A DNA stretch of 64,000 bases from Bigelowiella natans CCMP2755 (GCA_000320545.1 ADNK01002265.1:1-64000), one strand, 5' to 3'; counted from the stretch's first letter, positions 26,326 through 40,068 are shown. Program-made: numbers and translations. Notes: generated by a model from the letters alone, not told the origin.

Positions 26326-29300
26326 GCGCACCCCCGTATTTTATCATTAAAAGCCTTATTCGTTGCCTATTATTTAATTCGAGAGGATTTTGGCCATCTT
26401 CCTCTTTTCTTCACTCATCATCATCATCACCATCGTAATCATCCTCACTGTCGTGTTTTGTAGGTACAGCAGCATCAGCAGATAATTGGGAGTCATTGCA
26501 GGAAGGATTGGTCAACTTCCTAGGATTTAAGCCTGACTTCTTCGATGACATCAACGTTTCTCTAGGGGTCAAATCACGAAGAAATAGAAGCAGTAGCAGC
26601 ACAAGACAGGAGGAGGAGGAAGAGGGAAAAGAAGAATACAGGTGGTGACTGATGGTTTTTATATATGCAATGATGATAGGTAGATTGAAGATATATATAA
26701 ACATATTAGTACAAATGATGATGTGTTTCATTACTACGTTTGTGCTCATCATCATCATCTTCTTCTTCTTCTTCATCATCATCATCATCATCAATTTCTC
26801 AGGTATGATCCTGTAAGAGATGGAATATTTTCTAAGCGAGAATTCAAGCTATACTACGGTTGTCTTGTTGAGTGGGAATCTGCATTGGATGCAAGGGAAC
26901 TACCTCGGAAGAAAGCAAAGCAATTAGCGAAGAATCTAGTGTTGGAACACCAAAGAAACAATCTAATATTGAAGGTAGGTCAAGTAGTAGTATTCATATG
27001 AGGGGGGGTGGGAGGGGGGACAAAAGAATAATGTGATTAGTAGTAGTAAAGAGAAGATCGCGGGAGGATTGTAGATGCTGCTACACATACATGCATGCTA
27101 CATAGCCATACACACAAAAACAATCCACAAATCATATAGCATATTGTACTAGTAATTGGTAGTGGTAGTAGTACGATATGCTGATGCTGACTGCTGCTGC
27201 TGGCATTAGATCTGATGATTGATATGAGCACTCACTAACTATTATAATATATTCATCATCGTAGACTTATAACAAAATGGCAAAACTGTCTGGGGAAGGA
27301 AATACTACCGATTTCAACAATCTTACAGAGGCCAATCTCTTTTTTAAAAAGCAGTCTTTGGAATATAATCAAGTCGCTTTGAAGTCGTTTTCTTTTTTAC
27401 CAAAATCACTGCAAAAGAAACATATGGTGGGTTGATTTAACACACTAAACCGAGAAAATATATATCATCCGAAGATAATATTTTTTTTAATACTTTGTAA
27501 TTAATGTTGTTATTTATGTGTGTACTTTATGTATATTTTTAAAAATATATATATACTGTACTGTACTATAGGACGACGTATCAAACTTCAAGAGAGGGGT
27601 GAGAAAGGTTGCTGATTTGGCTTCTAAAAATGACATGTCTGCCGCTACAAGAGCAGCTATTGAGAGCATTTACCAAATTCGAAATGCACAGTTCCAGAAC
27701 ATGCAAACTTTGGAGAAACTCAAGCACGCATTCACCCGTGCTTTGCATGGAGTCAGCAACAGCTTGGAACGAATCTCAAAACCTATCTTAGATGATGATG
27801 ATAAAGGTACAAGAATAGGAGGAGGAGGAGGAGGAGAAGGTAGTAAGAAACCCTTTTTTATCAATGAGACAGAAAAGCGATAAATTGCAACACGGAACAA
27901 TATTGTATTCGTATGTGAGTTGTTATTTATTATATGTTATATTATGTTTGTAGGTACGAAAGAACAAGCATCGTTACTACTCACTGACACCAGAAAGATA
28001 CTTAATTTCGAGGAAGTTAGACTAATTGCTTATGAAAACCAAATTCTTGTGGACTTGAGTAGTAGTATAAGCAGTAAGAAATCTAACCCCAACAACAACA
28101 ACAACAACGACGACCAAGACGACTACGTTGGGGGGGGGGCAAAAATAGAAGAAGATAACCGGAAAGATCAAGATGAAGATGTTAGATATCAGATTCGATT
28201 GCTAAACCTTACGTCTGGTGATGAGCTGGCCTTCGCTGATTGCCATGTAGTTGGTGCTGCTGCTTCTTATCCATTGAACGAAGAACCTAAGAATCATCAT
28301 CATCATCTTGATTCTAGTAGTAGTAATAGAGGTAGTGGTTGTAGTAGTACCAGTAGTTCTTCGGTGCATACCAAAGGGATGAAAGTTTTCCAAGTTACAG
28401 ATTTATACATTTTCCCAATTTTGCATGAGGACGAATCAGGTACTGCTGCTATGCTCTGCTTCTTGTTCATTATGCTCATATTGTAATTGTTGTTGTGGTG
28501 GTTAAACCCTAATGTTCCTGCTATTGTTATTCTGGGAAGAATGCATAGATAGAGTAGTAAAATCATTGATAGAATCGAATAGTGTGCGAAGGAGTGTGTA
28601 TGTAGTACCGATTATCTTTTCATAGATTAGGTGGTATTATTAGTTACTATCTATGTCGTAGTAGTAGCTAATGCCCGTTGTTATTTTTTTGTCATCTTTG
28701 ATATTATTCATCATTCTTTCTGATTTCTATGCACTACTACTATTACTACTACTACTACTACTACTACTACTATATTAATTAGAGTTACATTGATTAGAAG
28801 CTTTGTTTTTTACTTTTCTGTTGTGGTAGTGCCAGAAGAAGAAGCAGTGGTTTGGGAGTTCAAGATCAAACTATTGACATCTGCACTGATTAACATTCTT
28901 GCAAACCAAAGAAATTGCAGTCGTTCCCGTATTCTTGTCCCCCTTCCTATTACCAATACTACTACTACTACTAATACAGCAATTATTGGTAGTAGTGTTC
29001 ATGATGCGGTTGCTTCTACTCCTTTCCCCCCTCCACTAATTGAAAACATACATGGAGGCCAACAACAAGAAGATGAGGCAGAATTCATTTTTGAACAACG
29101 CCGGCGTGAGTGTGAGTCATTAGGCTATATTGAACAAAAGCAATTTAACGACGACTACTACTGCTACTATGAAGCTGTGGTAGATCCTCTCCTTCAATTA
29201 TTGATGCCAAAACTGCTCCGTCTTTCAGCATTTTCGAATATACAAGAAGAAGCAGCCTTCCAAGCACCAACGCCACCACAAGAGCCAGTACAACCAAAAT

Positions 29301-32286
29301 CGCACACGAAAATAACATCAACTTCTGCTGGAGGACTACCGGGACTATCATCATCTGCTTTTTCTTCTCTCGGTTCTCCTTGGGATATGTTGAATTCATT
29401 AAAAAATGAAGTAAATAACAGTCTGAATCTTGATAATAACCATGGTGGTACTATTATTGACAACAAAGAACTTGAATTCCAACCAGAAAAGCTACAGGTT
29501 GTTGGTCATTGATTATTCATAGAATATGATGATTAGAGACAGCATCTTCATACGATGATTAGAGAAATTATGTCTGTTGCGGCACCCATCCTTCCATCCA
29601 TCCTCTTCAACATTAGTAACTTTTCATTTGATTTTGTCTGATGATCTTGAAGATTGTTTCTAATGTAGATATGTTCTTCTATGTTAGGGCATGATGACAA
29701 CAATGATGGATAAGCTACACAGCTTTGAACCAATGATGAAAATGGCGTCTAAACTCCTAGGGGGGGGGATAGGAGGAAGGAATGAAGATACAAATGCTAC
29801 AGCAAGTACTTCACTACAACGTTCTTCTTCTCCTATCGTAAGTGAGCAACAAGATCATCCTAATAGTATGAAGAGTGCATTTGAGTCAATGATGGGAATG
29901 ATTGGTAACTTATCGCCTCCTCGTCTGTTCCAATCAACACAATATGATGATGATGATGATGATGAGAAGGAGGAGGAGAAGGAGGAGATGGTACAGCAGG
30001 AAAAAGCCGAATACATAGAAGGGGGGTTGGGGAATAGGGATCATACTACTACTTTGGATGAGGTGCTCAATGATACAGAAGGTTATAAGTCACAACAGCA
30101 GCAGCAGCAGCAGCTCTATGGCCATCACCATGATCAAGAAGCACTTTATAGAGCGGATTTTCCTCCCCTTACAACACTTGAGAAGAAAGAGACAGAGTTC
30201 CCACTTTTTGCAACCGAGAAAAAAGAAACAGTAGAGGAAACAAAGACTGAAGTATACAATGATTATGGAGACCTAGAGTACGAAGAAGATGTTGTGCGAG
30301 AAAAAACAGAATTCTTCAATGAGAATGGCGATAAGATATCCGAGCAGTATCATGAGAAGACTAAGAATAAGAATGATGAGCAGGAGGCAGATAATCAGCA
30401 AAGAGATGCTGATGTTGATGTCAATGCCAAATACGAAGACTTTGACCAAGATAGTGCTGATCATGCCATCATTCCCAAAAAAATGGTGAGAAGAAGGGAA
30501 GAAGAGAGAAAAATGAATCGTATTGCATCATGATAGGAATGACACCATAAACGACCTGATGATCTACAAAATACATTTGAGCTTGTTTTTGGTCGGATGT
30601 TGTGGTATACATATCCATCCTCATGTGCCGCTTGTGTTACATAATTAGGAGGAGGAGGAGGAGCTGAAGAGTGCATATTACGATGAAGATGGCGATTTAC
30701 TGTACAATGAAGATGAATTATACCTGAGAAATAATGATGATAAAGATACTGGTGGTAGTGGTGCTATTGGTAAAGATACTGTTTATGAAGAACAATCACG
30801 TACAAGAGCAGCTTCTCCTCTTCACGACAATAACGTACTAAAGGTTACTACTACTACTAACAATAACTACGAATCTCCTTGGAGACATGACGACACTGCA
30901 GTTGCCAAAGAAATGAACAATGAGTTTGCTTATGAAGAACAAGAAGAAGAAGAAGAAGAAAAAGAAGAAGAAGAAGAGTCAGTACCAGCTAGAGAGGCAA
31001 AGGACAGTGCTTTGCGAGATGATGCAGATCAGCAGTTTGTGTTGGCACAAGCAGAAGGAGGATTTGCAGAGGAAGAAAGAGAGACACAACGACAGACCAC
31101 CGTTGATTATTCATCTGCTGTAGTAGCACCAATGGAAGAAGAGAAAGATGATAAAACATCCACTAGGAAATACGAACACTCTCCGTTATCCACAAAACCT
31201 GTGGATGACGGCAAACCCATTCCTCGTCGTGATCGTCATCGTCCTGATGATCATAAACTTAGAAGTACTCAAAATGACGACATTAGAGCTTTGATATCTG
31301 AAGCAAAATTTGTGCTCAAGGATATGGATGAGAAATACCACCATCTACAACTCACTACAACTTCATCATCACCCAAATTATTGGCACCAGCAATAAAAGC
31401 ACATGGTAGTATTACTACTACTATTCTCGTCATTAGATCATAATACTTGGTTTCACTTACTCCTTCTCTTGTATTTGTGCTAACGTTACAGTAGCAAATT
31501 TCATCTGAAGATTTAATTAAGAAAACGATGATTTTAAGTAGTGATTTATCTTCTGATTTAAGAGAACATAGTATTGTAGTGCTCGATATTATGTCCCCGA
31601 TTGTTGTTTCTCCCTCCTCTACATAATAGCCTCTAATTACTACTACTACTAATACTACTACTACTGCTGCTGCTGCTACCATGTTTATAATCTTCTTCCT
31701 CTTCTTCTTTTAGATCTTCAAACGGAAGAGAGACGCCCATTCCTCTCTTATAGTAGTAGTACTACTATTACTGGTGCTCCTGCTGGTAGTACCTCTATTA
31801 AGAAAAGAATGGCATCAAACACCAACATCTTGGGGAGATTAAACGACAACGACGATATGAGTGCTGCTATTGTTGCTGCCTCAAAGGATATAGGAAAGCT
31901 AGATTTGACGATGCAAAGAAAAGGGAAGGGAGAAGGGGAGGAAGATATCGACGAAGATCATGATGACGACCCCAGAGATTTTGTAGATCCCCGCGACTAC
32001 CAGCTACTCTCAAATTTATTAGGGAAAATAAAACAAAATCGTCAGATCTTAGAAAAACTTAGGGCAGAAACGCCTCTTCCAGGTAGCAATACTTCGTCGT
32101 AATTTGCAATTATGATATTATGGTTACATGACGTGATGGTGGAGGAGGAGGAGGAGGAGGAGGAGGAGGAGGAGGAAGAAGAAGAACTAGTAGAAAACGA
32201 AGACAAGGGAAACAGGATGTGTAGTATTATGATTTCTATGCTGCTGTCATTACGTCATCTGTAGGTGATACATATAATGCACCGAT

Positions 32287-32318
<32 letters not shown>

Positions 32319-35078
32319 TATCATACAATAGGCGAAGTACAAAGCCTTCCAAAGTTACCAGAAACCTTTTCGGACTTGATGATGACTGCTTCTAGTCCCA
32401 CAGGACGACAAGCACTACCGATCTTGCCTTCTCCTCCGCCTTTATCATCATCACTGGCAGCAGCTACCAGAGAACAACAGCAACAACAACAACAACAACG
32501 TTTCTTGTCTAATCATCATCATCATCATCAGCAGCAGCAGCATCAACAGATGTTAAATTTTGCAGCGCAACAACAACAACAACAACAACAACAGCTAATG
32601 GCAAGGAGCGGTGGTGATCCTTCTCCAAGTCATCAATATACTTCTTATTACAATCCCTACACCAACTCAATGCTGCTAACACCACCATCGTCCCCACCAC
32701 CACCACCACCACAGTACCCCACACTACAACAACATCATCCTTCTCCCCAAGCAGCAGCAGCATCACCGTCATCGCCATCATCGTTATATGGCTATAATAG
32801 CGAATACGCTACAGTAGGAGGCAATCCATCTTATTTTTACGCTCCTGTCTCCTCATCCCCTCCCCCCCCACCACCACCACCACCGCCTTATTCTTTTCCA
32901 ACTGGTACAGCAGCAACAGTTCCAACCTCGCCTTCACCTCCAATCAGCCAGTCAGATTATCACCACATAAAAATATACTTATCCCTAATAGCGTTAGTTA
33001 CTACCCAATTTCGTTTGAGGAAGAACAAAAATTCTGATACTTGTCTTGTATTGATCATCTGTGTGATTGATATCAATGGTCGTCAACACAATCAGGTATT
33101 ACTACGGTGTAGGAAGGGGGGGGGTAGGACGAGGAGATGGAGGAGGGTATCCTCACAACTATCATCCTGTCGTGGCTGGTAGATTAAGTAGCCAACAACT
33201 TCAAGCACAACACGCAGCAGCTCTACCACCTTATCTTAGTCATCATCCTTATTATAATCATCTACTACACTCCCAGCAGCAGCAACAACAACAACGAAGT
33301 AGAAGACAAAGTAACTATGATTATAACACAAATGATGATGCTGATGATGATGATGACAGCTTCTCCTCGCCTTCATCATCATCATCATCACCGATGAGAG
33401 CACACCAGCAGCATGATAAGGCCGCTACTACTACATTCTCATCATCTAAAAGACGTTCATTAGCGCCAACAAACTACGATCCCCCCCCCTCTCACCATAT
33501 CCATAGCAGCCATTCTCCTCCTCCTTCATCATTGCAAACTCTAATCTCGATGTCACAGCCGCAGAGTAACAAAGATACTACTACTGCTACTACTACTACG
33601 ACTACTCTCCCTAATAGTAGTAGTAGCCGCTCTTATCTTAAACCTAGCACTGAGGACCGACAAAACCACAACACACAGCTCAAACATCATCAACAAAAAC
33701 AGATGATGGGAATGACGAGAGAGGCAGTAGCAGCATCTGTATCACCATCGTATATTCCTCCATCATATAATGGTATATCTAATGCTGCTGAGGGGGCTGC
33801 TACAGGTGATGCAGATGATGAAAAGGATGAGGATTACTTCAATGCAGCGGGAAATACCATCAATAGCGATGTTATTGATCCTCCTCCTCGTAATGATTAT
33901 GATAAAAGAGCGAGAAGACTTGGGAGAGTAAGGAGAAATTTTGATTCACCTTTAAGATCGAAACATCCTCCTCCTCCTCCTCCTCCTCCTCCTCCTCGTG
34001 GCTACAACGACGATGAAACAGATACTTCACGTACCACCGCAGCAGCCCACACGGTAAGTTATGTCTTATGAATATATAAGTGTGCATTCGTATTTGGCTT
34101 CCTCTATTTATTGTTTGATTTCTGTTTGTTGTATGTGTGCTGGTGGTCTTCTGTGTTCTGTGTTTGTTGTCGTTATAATACAACACAAGTTGGACAAGTA
34201 TTTCCGTAAACAGCAGCAGCAATTATCTCGAAATCGACGGTTATTGCATTCTCCCGATCATCATGATAGAGCTGCTGGTGGTAGTAGTGGTAGTAGTAGA
34301 AGGGCGCCTATAATAGAGCAAGAAAAACATCAACGACAGCAACTCTCCTTGCAAGAAGAATCAGCAAAACATCAACATATATATCAACAATACTACCAGC
34401 AGCAGCAACAACATCTTAGAAACCCCCACCAATCTTCGTCTCTAGGACAACATCTTACCCCTCCTCCTGGTGACAACGCCATCACCAGTCATCGTAGAAG
34501 TCCAAGTAGCAGTATTGGTAGAAGGAAGAATAAGCACCAGGCTAGAAGTGTGGGGAATGAGTATCAACACCATCCAGCATACAACAACAACATCAATGCT
34601 CAGAGGCAAAAAGAAGAATATACTGCAGTAAAGCAGTACCAGCAACAACAGGCAGCAGCAGCAGCACAAGGAGGAGGAGGAGGAGGAGGAGGAAGAGGAG
34701 GAAGAGGAGGAGGAGGAGGAGGAAGGGCAATGGCGACGACGCTACCACAATATCAGCACAACACTGTCAACATGGCTATGCACAATGGTAGTCAGAAGTA
34801 TTGGAATTCTTATCTTTTTATGAAAGAATAAGACATGTAACTGGCATTCGTGGTGTTGTATCTGGGGTCGCATTAGTCGTATCATATCTTCATAAGAGAT
34901 TATTAAAAGAATATGATATAGGTTTCAATACGGCAACACATTTTCATATTGCTTCTCTTTTTTGTTCCTTTCTCGTTTACTTTTAGGGAGGCGGATATTA
35001 CCTTCAGGTGTTGATGGAAGCATCGATCCAATGAATCTGCTCACAGATTCTATTCCTCCATCACCAAGATCGGAGTAG
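11718..35078 (+). CDS. Very large multidomain low-complexity protein (Tudor/SH3-like, ankyrin x4, La motif, PDZ, 3x RxDP-EW motif, possible GNAT-like fold, Q/H/P-rich tail)
   Basis: Exon phases checked by hand link in frame from ~13097 through ~27900 (e.g. 18259 G|GT 18813; KEEYR|YDP at 26642/26803). Long ORF exons follow (28790-34790) and the last exon ends ..IPPSPRSE* at 35078. The start codon is uncertain and there is one apparent frameshift near 21190. It could be more than one gene. Confidence 0.65.
14207..16174 (+). other. Ankyrin-repeat domain (about 4 repeats over 6 exons) within the giant gene
   Basis: Spliced peptide ..WAAKRGDIGSVEQCLRAGVPTDAKSTYHGTPLHLAAEG-GYVAIIRLLLSYGANPNALD-GTRSSPLHLAACYG-NTEAISLLVHSGAKIDSIEP-GWTPLHGATNNRHLAAVSRLVGLGASLELPTLRNESALEIA matches the TPLHxAAxxG..LL..GA consensus. 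Confidence 0.92.
15265..15548 (+). repeat. Intronic degenerate tandem repeat (~85-90 bp unit, ~3 copies)
   Basis: Recurrent aacaacaacaatttaactaatagcatttRatattactcacagcagcaac..aaatacata units. Confidence 0.85.
17644..17742 (+). repeat. In-frame 48-bp coding duplication
   Basis: Encodes DEGEDKRSWIQQQQHN followed by DEGEDKRTWIQQQQHN. Confidence 0.92.
19503..20630 (+). other. La motif (HTH La-type RNA-binding domain) within the giant gene
   Basis: Three exons give RLTKQLEFYFSAQNLYLDVYMLENMDAE|GWFPIRLLHNFQRVARFKANSKQ|LLEAISRSDDLVVTEDLKFIRR, matching the LaM consensus QxEFYFSxxNLxxDxF/YL..DxEGW.P...I..F.R. Confidence 0.92.
21736..22283 (+). other. PDZ domain within the giant gene
   Basis: KRINITSLPFGLKFNEGTKVIREVRQGSHADKAGLRPGWVLHAVND..|..RCPFSLTFRMP has a GLGF-like loop (PFGLKF) and an A.kAGl..G..l.avN motif. 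Confidence 0.85.
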
Positions 35079-35399
35079 ATCAAATATCGTACATAGGTTT
35101 ACGTACGAAAAAATACATGTAGTAATATATTCCTTGCAAGATTGCCTAAAGTATGGTTGTAAACAGACAACGGACATATCATATTTAAGTCATATTGATG
35201 CAATCTTTATTCAAACTTCCTCATCAATTACGAATCGATATTATCACATTTTACAATAACGTTTCTTGGATATCAAATCACCCATGGTATTTGATTTTGC
35301 ATTTTGCATATTCATGCCCATTGTGTTGTTGCATTCAATATTCTTTTACTATTGGCTTCAACACGGTGCAACAAATACTTTGCCTATGAGTATTTTCGG

Positions 35400-36800
35400 T
35401 TGATCGATTAAATACGCGCTTGTCCAGCAGTCCAATAATAGACATACAATACACAATACCTTGTGCACTACTGCAAACACATCTGATGATCGATGTGGCG
35501 CGCTTATATGTGCAAGGGCTTGCGCAATCTACACCTAGTCACACATGGAAGGCGTTACATTCGCTAGCTAGCTAGCATGCGTGCTAGATTAAATTTAACA
35601 TTGCAAATACAAATTAATTTTAGATTTGGCTAGATTTGTAGGGGCATTTCAAGGATGCCATCTAGCCGATGCTAATTTTTAGGGAAAATGAAAAAAAATA
35701 ACAAAAGCAAGCATGTCAGCACATGTCAGACAAAGAAGATGCAGCAGCAATGAGAGGCACAAATGAATGCAAATGCGTTTGCAACGAAAAATGTAATGAC
35801 CGACGAGCACTTAAATGTGCAATGATGATGTAGCGCAGACACAAGTCCGTCAAACCTGTAACGAATCGCCAGAATGTGCATTTGGAAGCTTTTGCGCGCG
35901 ACCAAGCGCGTCATATGTGATGCAATGGACATTGGATTTGCTCGCATTTCTTTGAAATTTTTCGTGCACATCACATTTGGTCAAATGCACACGCAAAAGC
36001 ATTCAAAATGTGGCAGAGAACAAACGCGCAGCGTGCATCCGCTACACAACGGGTGTCAATTTTCACACTTTGAGGCCTTGAAAATGGACATTTTGGTCAA
36101 CATTTCGGTCATTTTTTGAGGTTTGGCCATCGGACAAGTTCTGATGACTTTTCTTTGACTAACTGCAACTGCCTGCTGCTTCAAAGCGCGTCGCAAAGCG
36201 CTGCACTGTTCACAACCCCGTCGTTACCGGGTTTGACGGACTTGTGGAACGTGCGCAGCAGCACATGCAACGATCTTGATGCGAAAGATCTCAAACACGT
36301 ACTGGAACAGCTTCCACTTTCCACAACATCCTCTAGTCCTAGCTAGCTCAAGTAGCACGTGTGAGTGTGGTGAAAAGATGCTGTCAAAATCATTCTAAGT
36401 TGACACCGATCAACACAGCATTTTGAAGAGGAACAAAATGCGCAAGTGCCACCAATGGTGCTGGAGCCTCAATGGCCACATCTAGACATGTTCGTACATG
36501 ATGCGCGTACGAACATGTCTTAGATGTGTAGTTGCATGAAAATGTTCCTTGCAACATGAGTAGTTTTACACACGTACGTACATGTCCTCACCCACATCCA
36601 AATTGTGATGCATATGTTCTATTATTTGTCGCATACATGTTTCTTGATGTACATGTACTGGTTGTGACACACACACACACACATGTTCGCATAAGTACAC
36701 ACATGTACGACTAGAAGCATATGTGTTCTGAAGCACACATGAACTATCCCACATATGTCCTAACAGGGGTACACGAATAGAGCCTTAATGGCTACATTTA
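35400..36800. other. TpA-depleted intergenic island 2 (convergent gap)
   Basis: Lies between the + gene ending 35078 and the - gene ending ~36880. Very few TpA in 35710-36520, (CTAG)3 at ~35564 and a hairpin at 36477-36528. Confidence 0.8.
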
Positions 36801-36879
36801 CCACTGCATTATCACCATGTTGTCCCAGTGCTTTTGCCATTCTCATCAAATTCTGCCGCCGAACCTATACCCAACTCCC

Positions 36880-37145
36880 TTTCATCAAAAGGTGCTCTTA
36901 GTCTCCTCCTCCTTCTTCGAATTGATGATGAGGTTTTATTACGCCTTTGGTTCTGACTTAATTTATTGCCTCTACAATCACGACTTCCAAGCTCTGGACC
37001 ATGGCTTTTGTACGAAGGAAAATGGCGCTAATGATAATGAAAATGATAATGGTGATGATGATGATGATGATAATGATGATGACGTGTTAATATTCTTGAT
37101 AACTGCTACAAGCATAAACAAAAACTACACGCAACTGGAAGCGGA

Positions 37146-37187
<42 letters not shown>

Positions 37188-37517
37188 ACAGTACACACAT
37201 TCTAGCATAGTCTGTTTCACCATGAATGTATCCTCAATGTTTTCAAGATCTTCCTTGAGTATCAAAGATTCTTGAGGTGATGGTTGACGAATTTGGTGGG
37301 AATTCCTCCTAACATTTCGAAGTTATAGTAGTCGGTATAACGGCACATAGAAAACATGGTGGACAGATAAATGTGAGTTAATTACTGGTGCTCACGCTCA
37401 TCGGAATGATCGTTGTTACGGATATTCGTCGATAATATATCGTTTATGAATGCCCTTCTGTGAAAACAACAGAAAATAATAAATTAATAACCATTGAATA
37501 TTTATGTATCAGGTAGG

Positions 37518-37555
<38 letters not shown>

Positions 37556-39419
37556 TAACATATTGGGAAGATAGTTTACAATTGTGATTCCTTTTTCTTT
37601 CTTAGTTCTTCCTCTGCGTAACGTCGTTTCAAAACCTCCCTGATTTAAATGAATTATAGCCTTATGTTATGAAAACAACCAAATGCCTTCCAAACGTAAT
37701 ACACTACTACAAAACTAGAATAAGGAGGAGTCTTAATCTAATCTAATGGTGGCCATTTTAGTGCATGAATCGCAGGTTACTGAAGCGGTGAGAATGACAA
37801 ACAATACTTGCAAAAATTATATTGAAAATGGATTTATTATGGGTTTGCTGCCGCTGCCTCAAGGACGGTTCTTGAACGTACTCTAAGTCGTATCAGTAGT
37901 AAGGATTTACATTTCTCGAAATGCATCAGCGAGTGATATTTCTTCAACGATGCAAAAATCCAACAACTTTCCTAATAAAACCTAAAAAAAAAATAAGAGT
38001 ACTACGATTAGCAACCATTCCCTTGAAACGGACTACTCGATGACGTAGATAACAATAATGATGATGATGTTCTTTATAGCTCTTATTATTGTTGGTTGTT
38101 ATTGTGTTATGATGATTGTCAAGTGGTAATTGAAGACGACCCATCATTGCATATAGTATGCATAAAAATTAGCACATCAATATCAGATATAATACACCTC
38201 GTCCATAACCATAGAATGATAGCGTTGTCCTTATAAAAATAAATGCTATTAAACAATACAACGCGTAATCATTCAAAACCATTAGAACCAAAGCTAGATA
38301 GAGAATGCATGCTATCCGCGGCACATTGTAGGCAAATCTCCCCCTCTCTTATAAATAGATATACTACGACGCACGTACGCGGTCGTGGAGGCAGCATATA
38401 GTGGGTGCTTTGATGATGATGATGATGATGATGATCCAATCCCCATGATGATGGTGTCAACCACCACCAACTATTCTTCTTCTTTTTGCTCTCGTCCTTG
38501 TGATTCGTCGAGCTGCTGCCGGTGCTAATAGGATGGCGGTGTTTAGTCGCAACAGCTGCTGTGGTAAAGAATGCAGCAAATCCATCGAATAGTAGGTTTC
38601 TCCATGATGATGACGACTGTACTTTCTCTGTACTACTACTTTTACATCGATGGTTCTTTCCTGATATGTTGTGAAACGATGCATATCATTGATCCCAAAG
38701 TTACGTATTGGAGAATAATAATATGTCCATATACTCAATGCATACAGTACCTATCTTCCTTAGAAAGTATTGCATCATCACTACTGCTACTCCTCCTACT
38801 GCTTCTACCACCACATTGCATTTGTTATCGTAGCAACTCATCCAACCCCCCCCCCCCCCCGCCTTGCCTCTCCGTTGTCAGTACTTCCGTGCAGCTGTCT
38901 TAACTCTCTATACTCTGGAGCGTTTTTGTAGCAAAGTGGGCATTTGTCGAACCTAAGAATAAGGAATTACAACACAAGCAAAAGGAGGAGGAAGTGGTGG
39001 GGGGAAATGATCATGTTTTCAATCTGAATATAAAACTATATATTCAAAACAATGAGAGGCTTTATTATCATCATGATCATCATCACCGTTACCAAGTACT
39101 ACTACTAGTACTACTGCTACTACCTACCTACCTACCTACCTACCTACCTATAGAGATACTCTGCCACACATTCCACACAAAATCGATGTCCACACCTCAA
39201 CTTAACGCTCTGTTGTTCCATAGTATAAACAAGACATACATGCAGCATCATAGCGTGTTGTTCCATAGCATAAACAAGACATACATGCAGCATCATAGCG
39301 TGTTGTTCCATAGCATAAACAAGACATACATGCAGCATCATAGCGTGTCGTTACGGTTGTTGATGTTGTTGTTGCAGTGTCACTATTGATTAATCCTTTC
39401 CAACAATTCAAAAAAATAA

Positions 39420-39460
<41 letters not shown>

Positions 39461-39819
39461 TGATTGATTGCTTGTTGGTGCTACATGTTTCTCAAATCCC
39501 CTCCTCCTTCCTAAACAAGGAAGACGACTCTGTGTGCGAGGAGAATCGCCGAAGCAACAACAACAACTGTTTGCGTCCTCATCATATTCTACGAAGTCTT
39601 TTCGGTCAAGGGCCTAAAGTGCCATAAAATGAGTAGTAATAACACTGTGTGTGTGCTTGTGTATGTGCATGATATAGAGAAAGAGAGAGATAGAGATAGA
39701 GATAGAGAGAGAGAGAGAGGTTCTACTATATATCTTAAACGGCTGGATGAAAACGACTTACCTGAGTTCCATTTGGGAATACGTGAATATCGTAATCCTG
39801 CGTGCAAAGCGGACACTAG

Positions 39820-39852
<33 letters not shown>

Positions 39853-39931
39853 CGAAAATATAATAGTAATGATTTCAGTGACTTGACTATTGGCGTTTGG
39901 TGACAACAATCTCAATAGGGGTAAAGATAGC

Positions 39932-39962
<31 letters not shown>

Positions 39963-40030
39963 CGTATATTTAATTACGTTACGCGGTGCTACTAGCTAGG
40001 AACCAGCAGAAAAGTGATGGATACAATCAG

Positions 40031-40068
<38 letters not shown>

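Noticed and set aside
37575-37600. Non-canonical GA-AG donors (AG|gaatca here and at 10323)
   Set aside because: In both cases a canonical GT donor 12 nt downstream gives the same phase.
39211-39345. Direct repeats resembling a CRISPR array
   Set aside because: Contiguous 45-bp units without unique spacers, inside a spliceosomal intron, with no cas genes.
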